A DNA stretch of 64,000 nt from Eledone cirrhosa (lineage: Eukaryota), in contig OZ024763.1 in the NCBI GenBank assembly GCA_964016885.1, forward strand, positions 4,712,001-4,776,000, given 5' to 3'. Each line of letters opens with the position of its first letter. Position 1 is the stretch's first letter. Shown here piece by piece: positions 26,607 to 40,868 of the stretch. The notes below the pieces were generated by a model that had not been told where the DNA came from, did no database searches, and worked only from the letters and a program-made list of their open reading frames with translations. Position numbers and translations under genes: made by a program.

Positions 26607-28880
26607 ATGATTGTTTCTACTTTAGGCACAAGGCCAGCAATTACCCCAGTGTATTACTGGTGCTTTATTTTATCAACCCTGTAATACTTGTTTCTACTTT
26701 TGGGGGCACAAGGCCAGCAATTAACCCCAGTGTATTACTGGTACTTTATTTTATCAACCCTGTAATAATTGTTTCTACTTTTGGCACAAGGCCAGCAATT
26801 ACCCCCAGTGTATTACTGGTGCTTTATTTCATCAACCCTGTAATAATTGTTTCTACTTTTGGGGGCACAAGGCCAGCAATTAACCCCCAGTGTATTACTG
26901 GTGCTTTATTTTATCAACCCTGTAATAATTGTTTCTACTTTAGGCACAAGGCCAGCAATTACCCCAGTGTATTACTGGTGCTTTATTTTATCAACCCTGT
27001 AATAATTGTTTCTACTTTAGGCACAAGGCCAGCAATTACCCCAGTGTATTACTGGTGCTTTATTTTATCAACCCTGTAATAATTGTTTCTACTTTAGGCA
27101 CAAGGCCAGCAATTACCCCAGTGTATTACTGGTACTTTATTTTATCAACCCTGTAATAATTGTTTCTACTTTTGGGGGCACAAGGCCAGCAATTACCCCA
27201 GTGTATTACTGGTGCTTTATTTTATCAACCCTGTAATAATTGTTTCTACTTTTGGCACAAGGCCAGCAATTTCCCCAGTGTATTACTGGTGCTTTATTTT
27301 ATCGACCCTGTAATAATTGTTTCTACTTTAGGCACAAGAGGCCAGCAATTACGCCAGTGTATTACTGGTACTTTATTTTATCAACCCTGTAATAATTGTT
27401 TCTACTTTTGGGGGCACAAGGCCAGCAATTAACCTCCAGTGTATTACTGGTGCTTTATTTTATCAACCCTGTAATAATTGTTTCTACTTTAGGCACAAGG
27501 CCAGCAATTACCCCAGTGTATTACTGGTGCTTTATTTTATCAACCCTGTAATAATTGTTTCTACTTTAGGCACAAGGCCAGCAATTAACCCCAGTGTATT
27601 ACTGGTACTTTATTTTATCGACCCTGTAATAATTGTTTCTACTTTTGGGGGCACAAGGCCAGCAATTACCCCAGTGTATTACTGGTGCTTTATTTTATCA
27701 ACCCTGTAATTATTATTTCTACTTTTGGCGTGGTGGATTGGCAGTATCGGTAGAAGGTCGGACGCCATGCTTTCCAGCATAGTTACGTCCCTTTACGATC
27801 TGAGTTCAAATCCCGCCGAGGTTGACTTTGCCTTTCATCCTTACGGGGTCGATAAAATAAAGTACCAGTAATGCACTGGGTAATTTGCTGGCCTTGTGCC
27901 TAAAGTAGAAACAATTATTTCTACTTTTGGCACAAGGCCAGCAATTACCTCCAGTGTATTACTGGTGCTTTATTTTATCAACCCTGTAATAATTGTTTCT
28001 ACTTTTGGCACAAGGCCAGCAATTACCCCAGTGTATTACTGGTGCTTTATTTTATCAACCCTGTAATAATTGTTTCTACTTTTGGCACAAGGCCAGCAAT
28101 TACCCCCAGTGTATTACTGGTGCTTTATTTTATCAACCCTGTAATAATTGTTTCTACTTTAGGCACAAGGCCAGCAATTACCTCAGTGTATTACTGGTGC
28201 TTTATTTTATCAACCCTGTAATAATTGTTTCTACTTTTGGCACAAGGCCAGCAATTACCTCAGTGTATTACTGGTGCTTTATTTTATCAACCCTGTAATA
28301 ATTGTTTCTACTTTAGGCACAAGGCCAGCAATTACCCCAGTGTATTACTGGTACTTTATTTTATCAACCCTGTAATAATTGTTTCTACTTTTGGGGGCAC
28401 AAGGCCAGCAATTAACCTCCAGTGTATTACTGGTGCTTTATTTTATCAACCCTGTAATAATTGTTTCTACTTTAGGCACAAGGCCAGCAATTACCCCAGT
28501 GTATTACTGGTGCTTTATTTTATCAACCTTGTAATAATTGTTTCTACTTTAGGCACAAGGCCAGCAATTACCCCAGTGTATTACTGGTGCTTTATTTTAT
28601 CAACCCTGTAATAATTGTTTCTATTTTAGGCACAAGGCCAGCAATTATCCCAGTGTATTACTGGTGCTTTATTTTATCAACCCTGTAATAATTGTTTCTA
28701 CTTTTGGCACAAGGCCAGCAATTACCCCCAGTGTATTACTGGTGCTTTACTTTATCGACCCCCGTAAGGATGAAAGGCAAAGTTAACCTCGGCGGGATTT
28801 GAGCTCAGATCATAAAGGGACGTAACTCTATGCTGCAAAGAAGGGCGTCCGACCCTCTACCGATACTGTTAGTCCACCGC
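26607..28880 (-). repeat. Minisatellite of ~25 x 76-80-bp SINE 3' ends, ending in a full SINE (28690-28880)
   Basis: Unit TAATAATTGTTTCTACTTTAGGCACAAGGCCAGCAATTACCCCAGTGTATTACTGGTGCTTTATTTTATCAACCCTG. Confidence 0.92.
27730..27913 (+). mobile_element. SINE family 1 inserted antisense into the SINE-tail array, with 18-bp TSD
   Basis: ATTATTTCTACTTTTGGC at 27712-27729 and 27914-27931. Confidence 0.88.
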
Positions 28881-29138
28881 TCTATCGTCTTAACATAATA
28901 CATACTATGTTGGCCTTTCTCTGTAAGACACAAGCCGCATATCTCGCTACACACTCCGCCATTACACACACACACACACGTACACATACGTACACACACG
29001 TACACATACGCTGTGATACAATAAAGGTCTCGTAATGTATTTTGTCACCTCACAATGCCGGATTAAGTTTCAAAACGATTCTCATGCTGGGATAACACAG
29101 TCGCCATATTGTCTTCGTCTTCCGTTTCAGCTTAGTAT

Positions 29139-29186
<48 letters not shown>

Positions 29187-29187
29187 G

Positions 29188-29276
<89 letters not shown>

Positions 29277-29291
29277 GTATATATATATATA

Positions 29292-29335
<44 letters not shown>

Positions 29336-29501
29336 ATTTCTGTAGGTAAAATAAAGAAAAAGAGAGTGCTCTATGTAGGCTACAGAGCTTTTTAGTTATG
29401 TAATAAACAACATAAGACAACTATTTCATTTACCAGTGGTTTCTTGAAGAAATAGTTATCTTATGTTGTTTATTACATAACTATATATATATATTTATAT
29501 A

Positions 29502-29563
<62 letters not shown>

Positions 29564-29568
29564 TGTGA

Positions 29569-29707
29569 GTCCAGAATTAGTCGTCGAAACGGCTTGAGCT
29601 CAGCCGTCGGGGTCCTACTTGTTCCTATTACCCACTCTACTACCCTAAGTATTGAGTACTTTGGTGCGTTATGGTCCATCTGGTTCCTTACCACATTTCC
29701 TTCGTTA
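29569..29707 (+). mobile_element. Family A element, single arm plus tail
   Basis: Consensus match. Confidence 0.8.
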
Positions 29708-29855
29708 TATATATATATATATTTATATATGTATATATACATCCATATGTATACATATATATATATATATATATATGTATATACATATATATATGTGTAT
29801 ATATATATGTATATACATATATATATATGTATATATGTATATATACATCCATATG

Positions 29856-29886
<31 letters not shown>

Positions 29887-29894
29887 CCATATGT

Positions 29895-29926
<32 letters not shown>

Positions 29927-30008
29927 CCATATGTATATATATATATATATGTATATATACATCCATATGTATATATATATATATATATGTGTGTATATAT
30001 ACATCCAT

Positions 30009-30042
<34 letters not shown>

Positions 30043-30372
30043 AAATATGATAATAATGGAGCTGCGGCGTTGCAAATGGGTTACATATGAAACAGTTTGT
30101 CCTTCATCAGTGGTCTTCCAACCGTCGTAGGCATTTCATCGCTTTAAAGACCATATACCTCAGGTTGGTGCGAGCAACGGCTAAAAAAAGTCGTTGGGAC
30201 ACGTAAATAAAGGGGACGCTAGGGTAAACAAACAAAATGGTTTAAGCAACAGAAAGTATATATATATATATATATATATAAACAAATAGTAGAAAGGAGA
30301 AAGATTCTTTCAGTAGAAATGTTGAAGGGAGTTTTTTCAGAGAGATATGAAAACATTAATTAATTTACCATA

Positions 30373-31190
30373 CGGTGGATTGGCAGTATCGGTAGAGGGT
30401 CGGAGGCCATGCTTTGACGCATGGAGTTACGGCCCTTGCCATTCTGAGTTCAAATCCCGCCGAGGTTAACTTTGCCTTTTATCCTTACGGGGTCGATAAA
30501 ATAAAGTACCAGTAATACACTGGGTAATTGCTGGCCTTCTGCCAAAAGTAGAAACAATTGCTACAAAGTTTCGGTCGTTGTAAGCTTCGGGATTCTTCAG
30601 TGGAAATCTCATTATTATAACTTGATTTATTCGGACTAATGTCTTCATCTTGATTGTTATAGCCAAAAGTAGAAACAATTTATTTACAATACCGTGTTAT
30701 TCGCGGAATTTTCCTTAACTGATGATTGTTAAACACCGCTTATTCGCAGAATCGTCAATATCTTACGCGATTTTCTTTAATGGCTTTTTTCGTGGTAATA
30801 TATGGGTCGGACGCCATGCTTTCCAGCATAGTTACGTCCCTTTACGATCTGAGTTCAAATCCCGCGGAGGTTGACTTTGCCTTTCATCCTTACGGAGTCG
30901 ATAACATAAAGTAAGTACCAGTAATGAACTGGGTTATTGCTGGCCTTGTGCCTAAAGTAGACACAAATATATATATATATATATTTTTAACGCTAAATTA
31001 TTAATTGTTTCTACTTTTGGCAGAAGGCCAGCAATCACCCAGTGTATTACTGGTACTTTATTTTATCGACCCCTGTAATGATGAAAGGCAAAGTTAACCT
31101 CGGCGGGATTTGAACTCAGAATGGCAAGGGCCATAACTCTATGCGTCAAAGCATGGCGTCCGATCCTCTACCGATACTGCCAATCCACCG
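30373..31190. mobile_element. Three SINE family 1 copies: 30373-30558 (+), 30803-30966 (+), 31006-31190 (-, with TSD)
   Basis: Consensus match; CGCTAAATTA(T/C)TAAT flanks the third copy. Confidence 0.85.
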
Positions 31191-31364
31191 CTAAATTACT
31201 AATAACAATATACTGTACTTGCCGGTCTATTGGACGCACCTTCGCATAAGATACTCCTTCTTTTATGGACCACGTCCAATATTCGCGATTTTTCACTCCT
31301 GATGGATGATCTAGAAACGTAACCCCCGCCCGCGATTACCGGGGCGGGGCGGGGGGGGGGCAAC

Positions 31365-31399
<35 letters not shown>

Positions 31400-31499
31400 T
31401 GATTCTGGTCATGATGATAATGATGGTGGTGGTAGAGGTAATGACAGTGGTGGTGATGACGATGCTGGTCATGATGAAGGTGTTGGAGGGGGGGGGAAC

Positions 31500-31533
<34 letters not shown>

Positions 31534-31939
31534 CACATGCACATTAACTATGTGTAGGCACACATCTCTTTACAGCGTATCAAATGGACAATGATATGAG
31601 TTTCACGGAGAATATTTGCAATGTTATCTGGTGTTGAACAAAGTGTCTAATATCACTCTTTCTCTCTCTCTCTCCCTCTCTCTCACACTCTCTTACTCTC
31701 CCTCTCACTCTCTCTTGCTCTCCCTCGCACTCTCTTTATATATATATGTGTGTGTGTGTGTATGTATATATGTATATATGTATATATGTATATATGTGTA
31801 TATGTATATACATACATGTATATATATATATATATATAGCCACACACACATATATATACATACGTACATATATACATATATATATGTATACATATATATA
31901 TATGTATATATATATACACATAAATAAATATATATATAG

Positions 31940-32010
<71 letters not shown>

Positions 32011-32079
32011 CATATATGTATATATATATATAGCCACACACATATATACATACGTACATATATATATACATATATATAT

Positions 32080-32138
<59 letters not shown>

Positions 32139-32599
32139 CACATAAATAAATATATATATACATATACACACACATATATATATATATACACGCACACGCA
32201 CGCACACATACACACACACACATATATATATACATATATATATATAATGTACGTCTTTGTCTCTTCTTATCTTTCTGTCTATTTCTCCTTCTCTCCGTTA
32301 CTCCCCCCTCTCTGTCTCTCCCCCTCCCCCTCTGTCTCTCCCCCTCTCCCCCCTCTATGTCTCTCCCCCTCCCCCTCTGTCTCTCACCCGCTCCTCCTCT
32401 GTCTCTAATACCCCTCTCTCTCCCTCCCCCCTCTCTCTCACCCTCCCCCTCTCTCTCTATCTCTCTCCCTATCATATCTCATTGATTGATTTACTATATT
32501 CAGTCATAGAGTAACCGGAGAGAGGAGTGATTGGTGATTGATTGGATCTGAACTGGCAGAAACCTGAACTTAACGCACCTGAAGTTCAACTTAATAATG

Positions 32600-33250
32600 A
32601 TTTCTTTATTAACCACAAGGGTTTACATAAAGTAGACATTCAGGACACTGCAGGACAATACAGGACGGTACAAATGGGCATTTCTGCGTGTAAAGAACAA
32701 AAACAGAGGATGTAACAAAAAAATAACAATGAAAAATTCCCCAATAGGGGGGAGACTTCGGAGGGACATTTGTGGAGAAAGCCCAGTAAAAGGCCACAGT
32801 TACCCTGACCACCAAGGCAAGTGCCCTCTCCCAGTTTTCCACCTTTAATTTACAGATACGTACTTAATAATGTTTTCTTTATTAACCACAAGGGTTTACA
32901 TAAAGTAGACATTAAGGACACTGCAGGACAATACAGGACGGTACAAATGGGCATTTCTGCGTGTAAAAAAAACAGAGGTTGAAATAAAATAACAAAGAAA
33001 AATTCCCCAATAGGGGGGAGACTTCCGAGGGACATCTGTGGAGAAAGCCCATTAAAAGACCACAGTAGCCCTGACCACCAGGGCAAGTGTCCTCTCCCAG
33101 TTTTCCACCTTTAATTTACAGACACATACTCAGAGAAGGCCCATTCATTCGGGCCATACTTGCTTCTCTCACCCATCTTTCAACAAAATGCTGGGAAGAG
33201 AGCACTTCCCTCTCTACCCTGATTTTCCTTTTCAAATGAAATACGTACTT
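32600..33250 (-). mobile_element. Tandemly duplicated 3' end of a Tx1/L1-like LINE
   Basis: Two ~255-bp copies beginning TTTCTTTATTAACCACAAGGG; 33130-33245 is similar to the Tx1 ORF2 end at 37360-37480. Confidence 0.65.
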
Positions 33251-33324
33251 AATAATAATAACAATTGTTTCAGCTTTTGACACAAGGCCAGCAATTATCC
33301 CCCAGTGCATTACTGGGCGAGATC

Positions 33325-33530
33325 TCGGAGCTGCTACTTCTCCGTATCGAGAGAGCACAGCTTAGAATGTCTCAACAAATCGGCAGCAAATCCAGAACTT
33401 GACCACAAGTACAGCGGGTCACACAAGAGGTGGTCCAGCAGGATTATTTGGAGACGGTTTCTTTCGCTAGGACCCTCTGCAAAGCAGTCTGATGACCCCA
33501 CGGCTCTCTAGAGAGTAAGTGGAAGAAGAT
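33325..33530 (+). mobile_element. RTE-clade LINE 3' fragment
   Basis: Similar to 53770-54070 (CTACTTCTCCG..TTAGAATGTCTCAA). Confidence 0.55.
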
Positions 33531-33605
33531 TATGCCGTTTACAGCAGTTGTAGTGATAGACGTGGTCGAAGTTCGCTTATTAATGGTGCAGATGATATAG
33601 CAGTC

Positions 33606-33706
33606 ATCACAGTAAGTAATGTACTCAATACATAGCAGAGTATAAATATTTAATATAGAAATGGATTCTACAGGACTAGAACTGTTTCATTCGAAGGAAA
33701 TCACCA
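33606..33706 (-). mobile_element. Family B element, single arm with degenerate HHR core
   Basis: CACAGTAAGTAA.GTACTCAATAC...TTCTACAGGACTAGAACTGTTTCATTC. Confidence 0.7.
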
Positions 33707-33884
33707 TCGCATTAATGAATAAGCCGCCTTGACGAACAACTAGCAGTAGTAGCTGCTGGGTTGTAGGCCGACCCGACAGAGATTTGACCGAATACAACAG
33801 AATAAATACAGTGATCACAAAATCCTTTAACAGAGTCTGGCAGCATAAAATAATGAACCGGGATAAATATCCAACCACTCTTAG

Positions 33885-34412
33885 ACGCGAGTTAAGAGAC
33901 AAAATCTACAGGCACGGACGCCCTGGCAGAGATCCTGCCGAAAGGACCTGTCCAAGATGCGAGCAGGACATCGAAACCGTTCTGCACGCAATTGTTCAGT
34001 GCCCAGGGCTGACCGACCTGTGGAATTATGTCGAACAGCTACTGTCACGTGTGGGGCGCATCCAGTTGTCAGCCGAGTCCATCGTGAGGATCACCCCGCC
34101 GCCTTCATTTAAGAATGAAGGAGAGGCGGTCTTCCTCTGCCTGGTGGCTATGGCGAAAGGGGTAATGTGGTGGACGAGGTAAAAAGGACTGAGGGCAAAC
34201 ACCTTTCACTCCGGACAACAACTCATCCTCTTCTTTAAGTATCACTTCAGAAGGAAGGTGAGAGTGGAGAGAGAGAGAGAGGTGCTACACCCCAGTAAAT
34301 TCGCTGAAAGGTGGGAGAATGTGGCGAAAATGGCCCGAGTGAATGGCCCTTCTCTGTATATAAACCTGTAGGTTGAAGAAGATAAACAGAGGGAAGACGG
34401 AAACACCTACAA
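33885..34412 (+). mobile_element. Tx1/L1-clade LINE ORF2 C-terminal fragment (CCHC zinc knuckle)
   Basis: TCPRCEQDIETVLHAIVQCPGLTDLW...MWWTR; second copy at 37290-37722 (-). Confidence 0.8.
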
Positions 34413-34419
34413 CACATAT

Positions 34420-34564
34420 CTGAGGAGCTTCCGCCATGTCGAAACGGCCGGAGCTCAGCCGTCGGGGTCCTGACTCTTTTTCCTATTTCCCACTCTACTA
34501 CCCTAAGTATTGAGTACTCTGGTGCGTTATGGTCCACCTGGTACCTTACCACACGTCCTTCGTA
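34420..34564 (+). mobile_element. Family A variant retaining a canonical CUGAGGA core
   Basis: CUGAGGA-G...C-GAAACGGC CGGAGCUCA GCCGUC|GGGGUC plus family tail. Confidence 0.7.
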
Positions 34565-34641
34565 TGTGTATATATATATATCATCATCATCATCATCATC
34601 ATACGTCCGCTTTTCCCTGCTTGCAAGGGTGGGACGGGAAC

Positions 34642-34689
<48 letters not shown>

Positions 34690-34762
34690 GGGAATTTCTA
34701 TCTCTATGTTTGCGTTACCTTTATTCTATACACTCGTAACCACACAGCCTTGTCCCTTTCAA

Positions 34763-34799
<37 letters not shown>

Positions 34800-34968
34800 A
34801 AGGCCGGTAAAATTCCCGAGATCCATGGACGAGTTCTCTCCAGCGGTCTCTGTCCCTCATTATCGCTGCCATATCCTGCATCTCCAACAGACCAGTGTCT
34901 GTCCTTAGGGCATCAACATATGTTACCCTTGGTCTTCCTCTTCTAATGTGTCCATGTAAGGGCTCCCA
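34800..34968 (-). mobile_element. RTE-like LINE ORF C-terminus
   Basis: Minus translation WEPLHGHIRRGRPRVTYVDALRTDTG...MRDRDRWRELV. Confidence 0.7.
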
Positions 34969-34974
34969 ATATAT

Positions 34975-35325
34975 ACGTTATTCCGGGTAGATTCGGAGGT
35001 AACCACAGTAAGTAAGGTACTCAATACATTGCAGAGTATAAAAGTTTTAATATATGATTTCTAAAGAATGAAACAGTTCTAGTCCTGTAGAATCTCATCT
35101 ATATTAAAACTAAATATATATATATATTTATATAAAAGGAAGTGTGGTAAGGAACCAGATGGACCATAACGCACCAGAGTACTCAATACTTAAGGTAGTA
35201 GAGTGGGAAATAGGAAAAAGTATGACCCCGACGGCAGAGCTCAAGCCGTTTCCACGACTATTTCTGGACTAGAAATAGCCGTCGAAACGGCTTGAGCTCT
35301 GCCGTCGGAGTGATACATTTTCCTA
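34975..35325. mobile_element. Family B element (34975-35110) next to a family A element (35133-35325, -)
   Basis: Consensus matches, TA spacer. Confidence 0.8.
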
Positions 35326-35705
35326 TATATATATATATATAGTCACACTCAACAAACGTGGCTTCACAATCTTCTCGTGACACGGTGGGGTTATGTACAT
35401 AATTGATGTGCGGGAGTAAATATATGTTATAGGTGGGTCTACCTATATGTGTGTATGTGTGTGCGTGAGTGTGAAGTGTGTGTATGTGTGTGCGTGAGTG
35501 TGAAGTGTGGTATGTGTGTATACAAGCAGTACACACGGATCCAATCCACATATATGAGGACATACATGCGTACAAACACATATATATATATATACAGGCA
35601 TACATACATACATACATACATACATACATACACACATACATATATATATACATATATATATATACATATATATATATACATATATATACATATATATATA
35701 TATAC

Positions 35706-35754
<49 letters not shown>

Positions 35755-35785
35755 TATATACATATATATGTATACATATATATAC

Positions 35786-35821
<36 letters not shown>

Positions 35822-35954
35822 GGGCAGGGTGGCGGAATATAAAATATCCCTGAAGTTAATGCATGAATACACACACACACATACATACATACATACATAC
35901 ATACATACATACATACATACATACATACATACATACATACATACATACACACAC

Positions 35955-36001
<47 letters not shown>

Positions 36002-36608
36002 TACATACATACATACATACATACATACATACATACATACATACACTCACACAAGCCAACATATACGTGCGAGTATATATTGGATGTATACTATACAAAT
36101 AATATAGAGAAACATCGCATACATACACACCGTCCCTCCCTCACGCGCTCTTTCTCTTTATATCGTATATATATATATACATACATACATACATATACAT
36201 ATATTGTATATATATATACATACATACATATACATATATTGCACATAACTAAAGACACCTGTGTACACAAAATGGCAGGACTCACATAAACACACGTACA
36301 AAAAATGCACACATACAAGCGTATATACACACATGGAAACGCATATATACACGTACGCCTACAATCCCATATATATATATATATATATATATACATACAT
36401 ACATACATATATATATATGCATGCGTATATATATATGTGTATATATATATATATATATATGCATGCGTATATATATATGTGTATATATATATATATATAT
36501 AAATGTATATATGTATATATATATATGTATGTATATATATATATATATACATATATATACATATATATATATACATATATATATACATATATATATACAT
36601 ATATATAC

Positions 36609-36675
<67 letters not shown>

Positions 36676-36790
36676 TATACATATATATATATGTATATAT
36701 ACATATATATACATATACATATATATATATATATACATATATATACATATATATACATATACATATATATATATATACATATATATATAC

Positions 36791-36821
<31 letters not shown>

Positions 36822-37289
36822 CATACATACATATATATACATATATATAGAGAGTGTGAGAGAGATCAACAGAGAGAGGAAAAGAGTGGCTGCGCGCGCG
36901 CACACATATAAATATTTGCCACTTTATATACGCACCTCCATACCAATACTTATACAAATACACACCTGTACCAATGTATGTACCTGGGAAATCTTTGCCT
37001 CTTCAGGTGTTTGGGGACATAATGTACATAACGATAGGTAGGTAGGAAGCCAAATGGATGGCTGGGTGGATAGATATGTCTCTTTATTTGCCACAGGGGC
37101 GCACATAAATGGGAAATTACAAGACGTGACGGCCGGGTTTTACATGAAATCTTTAACAATGATAAATAACAATAAACTATATAAAAATAAAACAATTGAA
37201 ATCCCCATTAGGGGGAGGGGGGGGGGGGGGGGGGGTAACGCTACTGTGGGGGTGTTTTACACCCCATGGATAGAACAACCCTCAACACC

Positions 37290-37722
37290 AGGAACACGTT
37301 TTGTAGGTGTTCCCGTCTTCCCTCTGTTTATCTTCCTCAACCTACAGGTTTATATACAGAGAAGGGCCCATTCACTCGGGCCATTTTCGCCACATTCACC
37401 CACCTTTCAGCGAATTTACTGAGGTGTAGCACCTCTCTCTCTCTCTCCACTCTCACCTTCCTTCTGGAGTGGTACTTAAAGAAGGGGATGAGTTGTTGTC
37501 CGGAGAGAAAGGTGCTTGCCCTCAGTTCTTTTAACCTCTTTCGCCATAGTCACCAGACAGAGGAAAACCGCCTCTCCTTCATTCTTAAATGAAGGCGGCG
37601 GGTTGATCCTCACGATGGACTCGGCTGACAACTGGATGCGTCCCACACGTGACAGTAGCTGTTCGACATAATTCCACAGGTCGGTCACCCCTGGGGACTG
37701 AACAATTGCGTGCAGAACGGTT
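37290..37722 (-). mobile_element. Tx1/L1-clade LINE 3' fragment
   Basis: TDLWNYVEQLLSRVGRIQLSAESIVR; near-identical to 33885-34412. Confidence 0.8.
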
Positions 37723-37724
37723 CG

Positions 37725-37935
37725 TGACTTCTGGTGTCCTTGGCCCTAGGGCTACCTCCCTATTCACCACCATAGGCGCTGAGCTGGCCAGCCGTAGGTG
37801 TGAGCCTCACGAGATGGAATGGTTCCTCCAGCGCATCTCCCTTACCATTCTCCTGGGAAACGCCTTCTCCATCCTGTCCGCCGGGGCTGAGGGGAGCCCA
37901 GCACGTGAGACCCCCCCATTTGCTCACCATACGGA
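37725..37935 (+). mobile_element. CRE-clade LINE 3' fragment
   Basis: [52 protein letters not shown]. Confidence 0.8.
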
Positions 37936-37980
37936 TTAATAGGCAAAAATGTATATATATATCATATACTGTATATATAA

Positions 37981-38082
<102 letters not shown>

Positions 38083-38087
38083 TTATA

Positions 38088-38130
<43 letters not shown>

Positions 38131-38183
38131 GAATACACATATATATATATATATATATGAATACATATATATATATATATATA

Positions 38184-38236
<53 letters not shown>

Positions 38237-38245
38237 TACATATAC

Positions 38246-38300
<55 letters not shown>

Positions 38301-38336
38301 TACATATATATACATACATATACATATGTATATGTA

Positions 38337-38419
<83 letters not shown>

Positions 38420-38426
38420 TGAATAT

Positions 38427-38460
<34 letters not shown>

Positions 38461-38597
38461 GTATATATATATATACATATATATAAAGAGAGATATAAGT
38501 TGTTTGAAATACTTCTGCGTCTACAGATTAATTTTTCCGTTTCGTTAAACTTTTATTCAGTACTAACAATAAACATTTTCTCTACTGGTTTATATAT

Positions 38598-38741
<144 letters not shown>

Positions 38742-38932
38742 TTGTCCAAGCACTACGGCCATTGCCAATACAATTTGTTTTTGTTGATTTATGATGTATT
38801 ATCTTAAGTCATGATAGGCAAACTGTAATATTATTATTAGTATATTTCTATCTAGCTAACTTGGTCATTTACAATACAAACATAAATATGAGGATATTTG
38901 TGTTTATCAAATATATTAATTTTGTGTTAACC

Positions 38933-38963
<31 letters not shown>

Positions 38964-39089
38964 ATTAGAGTTAAAACTCAATTGGAACCCTGTAACTATT
39001 AAGCTCCAAGTATAAATACTAAGCCGATTAATAATATATAGTAAGAAACACAGTAAACCGTGTGTCTAAAATTACAAGGGTTGAAAGAC

Positions 39090-39173
<84 letters not shown>

Positions 39174-39199
39174 ATCCCTATCGAATCTTCGTCGGCTTT

Positions 39200-39300
39200 T
39201 GATCTTTCAATTCAGAGAAGTAGCGGCTCTACCTGGAGTGACTCTCTGATCTCCGAGCAACTAACTCTATCGTGTAAGGTTACTCCAAAGACCAATTCGG
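39200..39300 (-). mobile_element. RTE-clade LINE fragment
   Basis: Reverse complement of roughly 53715-53815. Confidence 0.6.
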
Positions 39301-39615
39301 AGGGACATCATTTCGGCTGCTTTTATTCGTGCATGCATCAACTATCACACCCGCACACACAATTACTCGCACAGACACAGACGCACATTCCTCCATACGC
39401 ACGATAAAATGGCCACTGTCCAACAGCACGAGTCTTTTGTGTGTTTTAATTGATTGACACATCTCTGCTGTAGTGTTTACTTCCGTTAGCATTGGAGACT
39501 CACTTTACATACATCTACATACATGTAGTTACATAGATTCATACATACATACATACAGACACACACATGCATACCCACATACATACACATAAACACACAC
39601 ATGTACACGTGTGTG

Positions 39616-39646
<31 letters not shown>

Positions 39647-39752
39647 ATATATATATATATATATATATAAACACACTCAAACATACACAGTGTTACATAC
39701 CATGCTTAGACTATCATACGCATATATACACAGTTATAGATATGTATGTGTA

Positions 39753-39808
<56 letters not shown>

Positions 39809-40043
39809 AATAATATATATATGTGTGTGTGTGTGTCAACATGAATGGACCTGTTATTTTTATCTAAAGACATTTTTTCCAATTCCAACCCGTCCGTCCC
39901 CTCAATCTATCTTATTTCTCATTCTGTCTTCCGATGAAGTACTAGCGTCCGAAACATTAAGACCCTCTTCCTGCTATATCAAGCTTTAACCTAATATATC
40001 CCTTCCATATATTGTATTGTGTTGTTATTTCTGTTTACCTTTT

Positions 40044-40166
<123 letters not shown>

Positions 40167-40825
40167 GTAATAATAATAAATTTGAAGACTAAAATCCAAA
40201 GAGGGCTTGATAAGGATAAATATATATCAAATATATAAGAACCGTAGAGCAAATATAAACTTTAATCTGTTATTTTAATAAATATATATATGTATATATA
40301 TACATATATGAGTTCGAAGCTCGAGAATTTATCCTTGATAGGATATTTCCGAAAACGAACGAAACCCTAAAGGGTAGAAACGTAATCCTGGTATGTGTAT
40401 ATGCATTTTTTCTTCTAACTTTAATTTTATACCTATGTGTGTATGGTTGACGATAAATTTAATCGATTTCCACGTGCTATTTAAATGGTGGGTAAATATT
40501 CTATAGCTGTTGATCGCGAATAGGTGGCTATCGTTTATTTATCTATTATTTCTTCACAGGTGCCTTTTAATCTTATAGCCTGGTTTAATTGTTTTTTTTT
40601 GTGTGGTTGATTATGCTAATTGGGAGAGAAAATTGAGTATATATCTTATCAAATGATTCTAAGGACATAATTTATAGTATATATATATATATATATATAT
40701 ATGAATATAGACATAGAATATTCGAAAATATTCTGTATGTTTATAATAAACATTTTGAAGACCTAATCGCTATAGAATAGAATACGTCACGTATTACAAT
40801 TAGATTCTCGATAAAAGCAAGGGAA

Positions 40826-40868
40826 GTAATCTACGCGTTTCATTCTCGTTAGAAATCATCAGGACTAC
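40826..40868 (-). ncRNA. Same HHR on the minus strand (also starting at 41136, 41446, 41756, 42066 and 42376)
   Basis: Exact reverse complement of 42682-42724. Confidence 0.85.

Noticed and set aside
26607-28760. CRISPR-like appearance of regular repeats (also 49568-51605 and 40702-43503)
   Set aside because: No unique spacers and no cas genes; eukaryotic context; units derive from SINE or retrozyme-like sequence
40340-40392. GAAACCCU-AA-AGGGUA stem III-like hairpin
   Set aside because: CUGANGA and stem II are not recognisable
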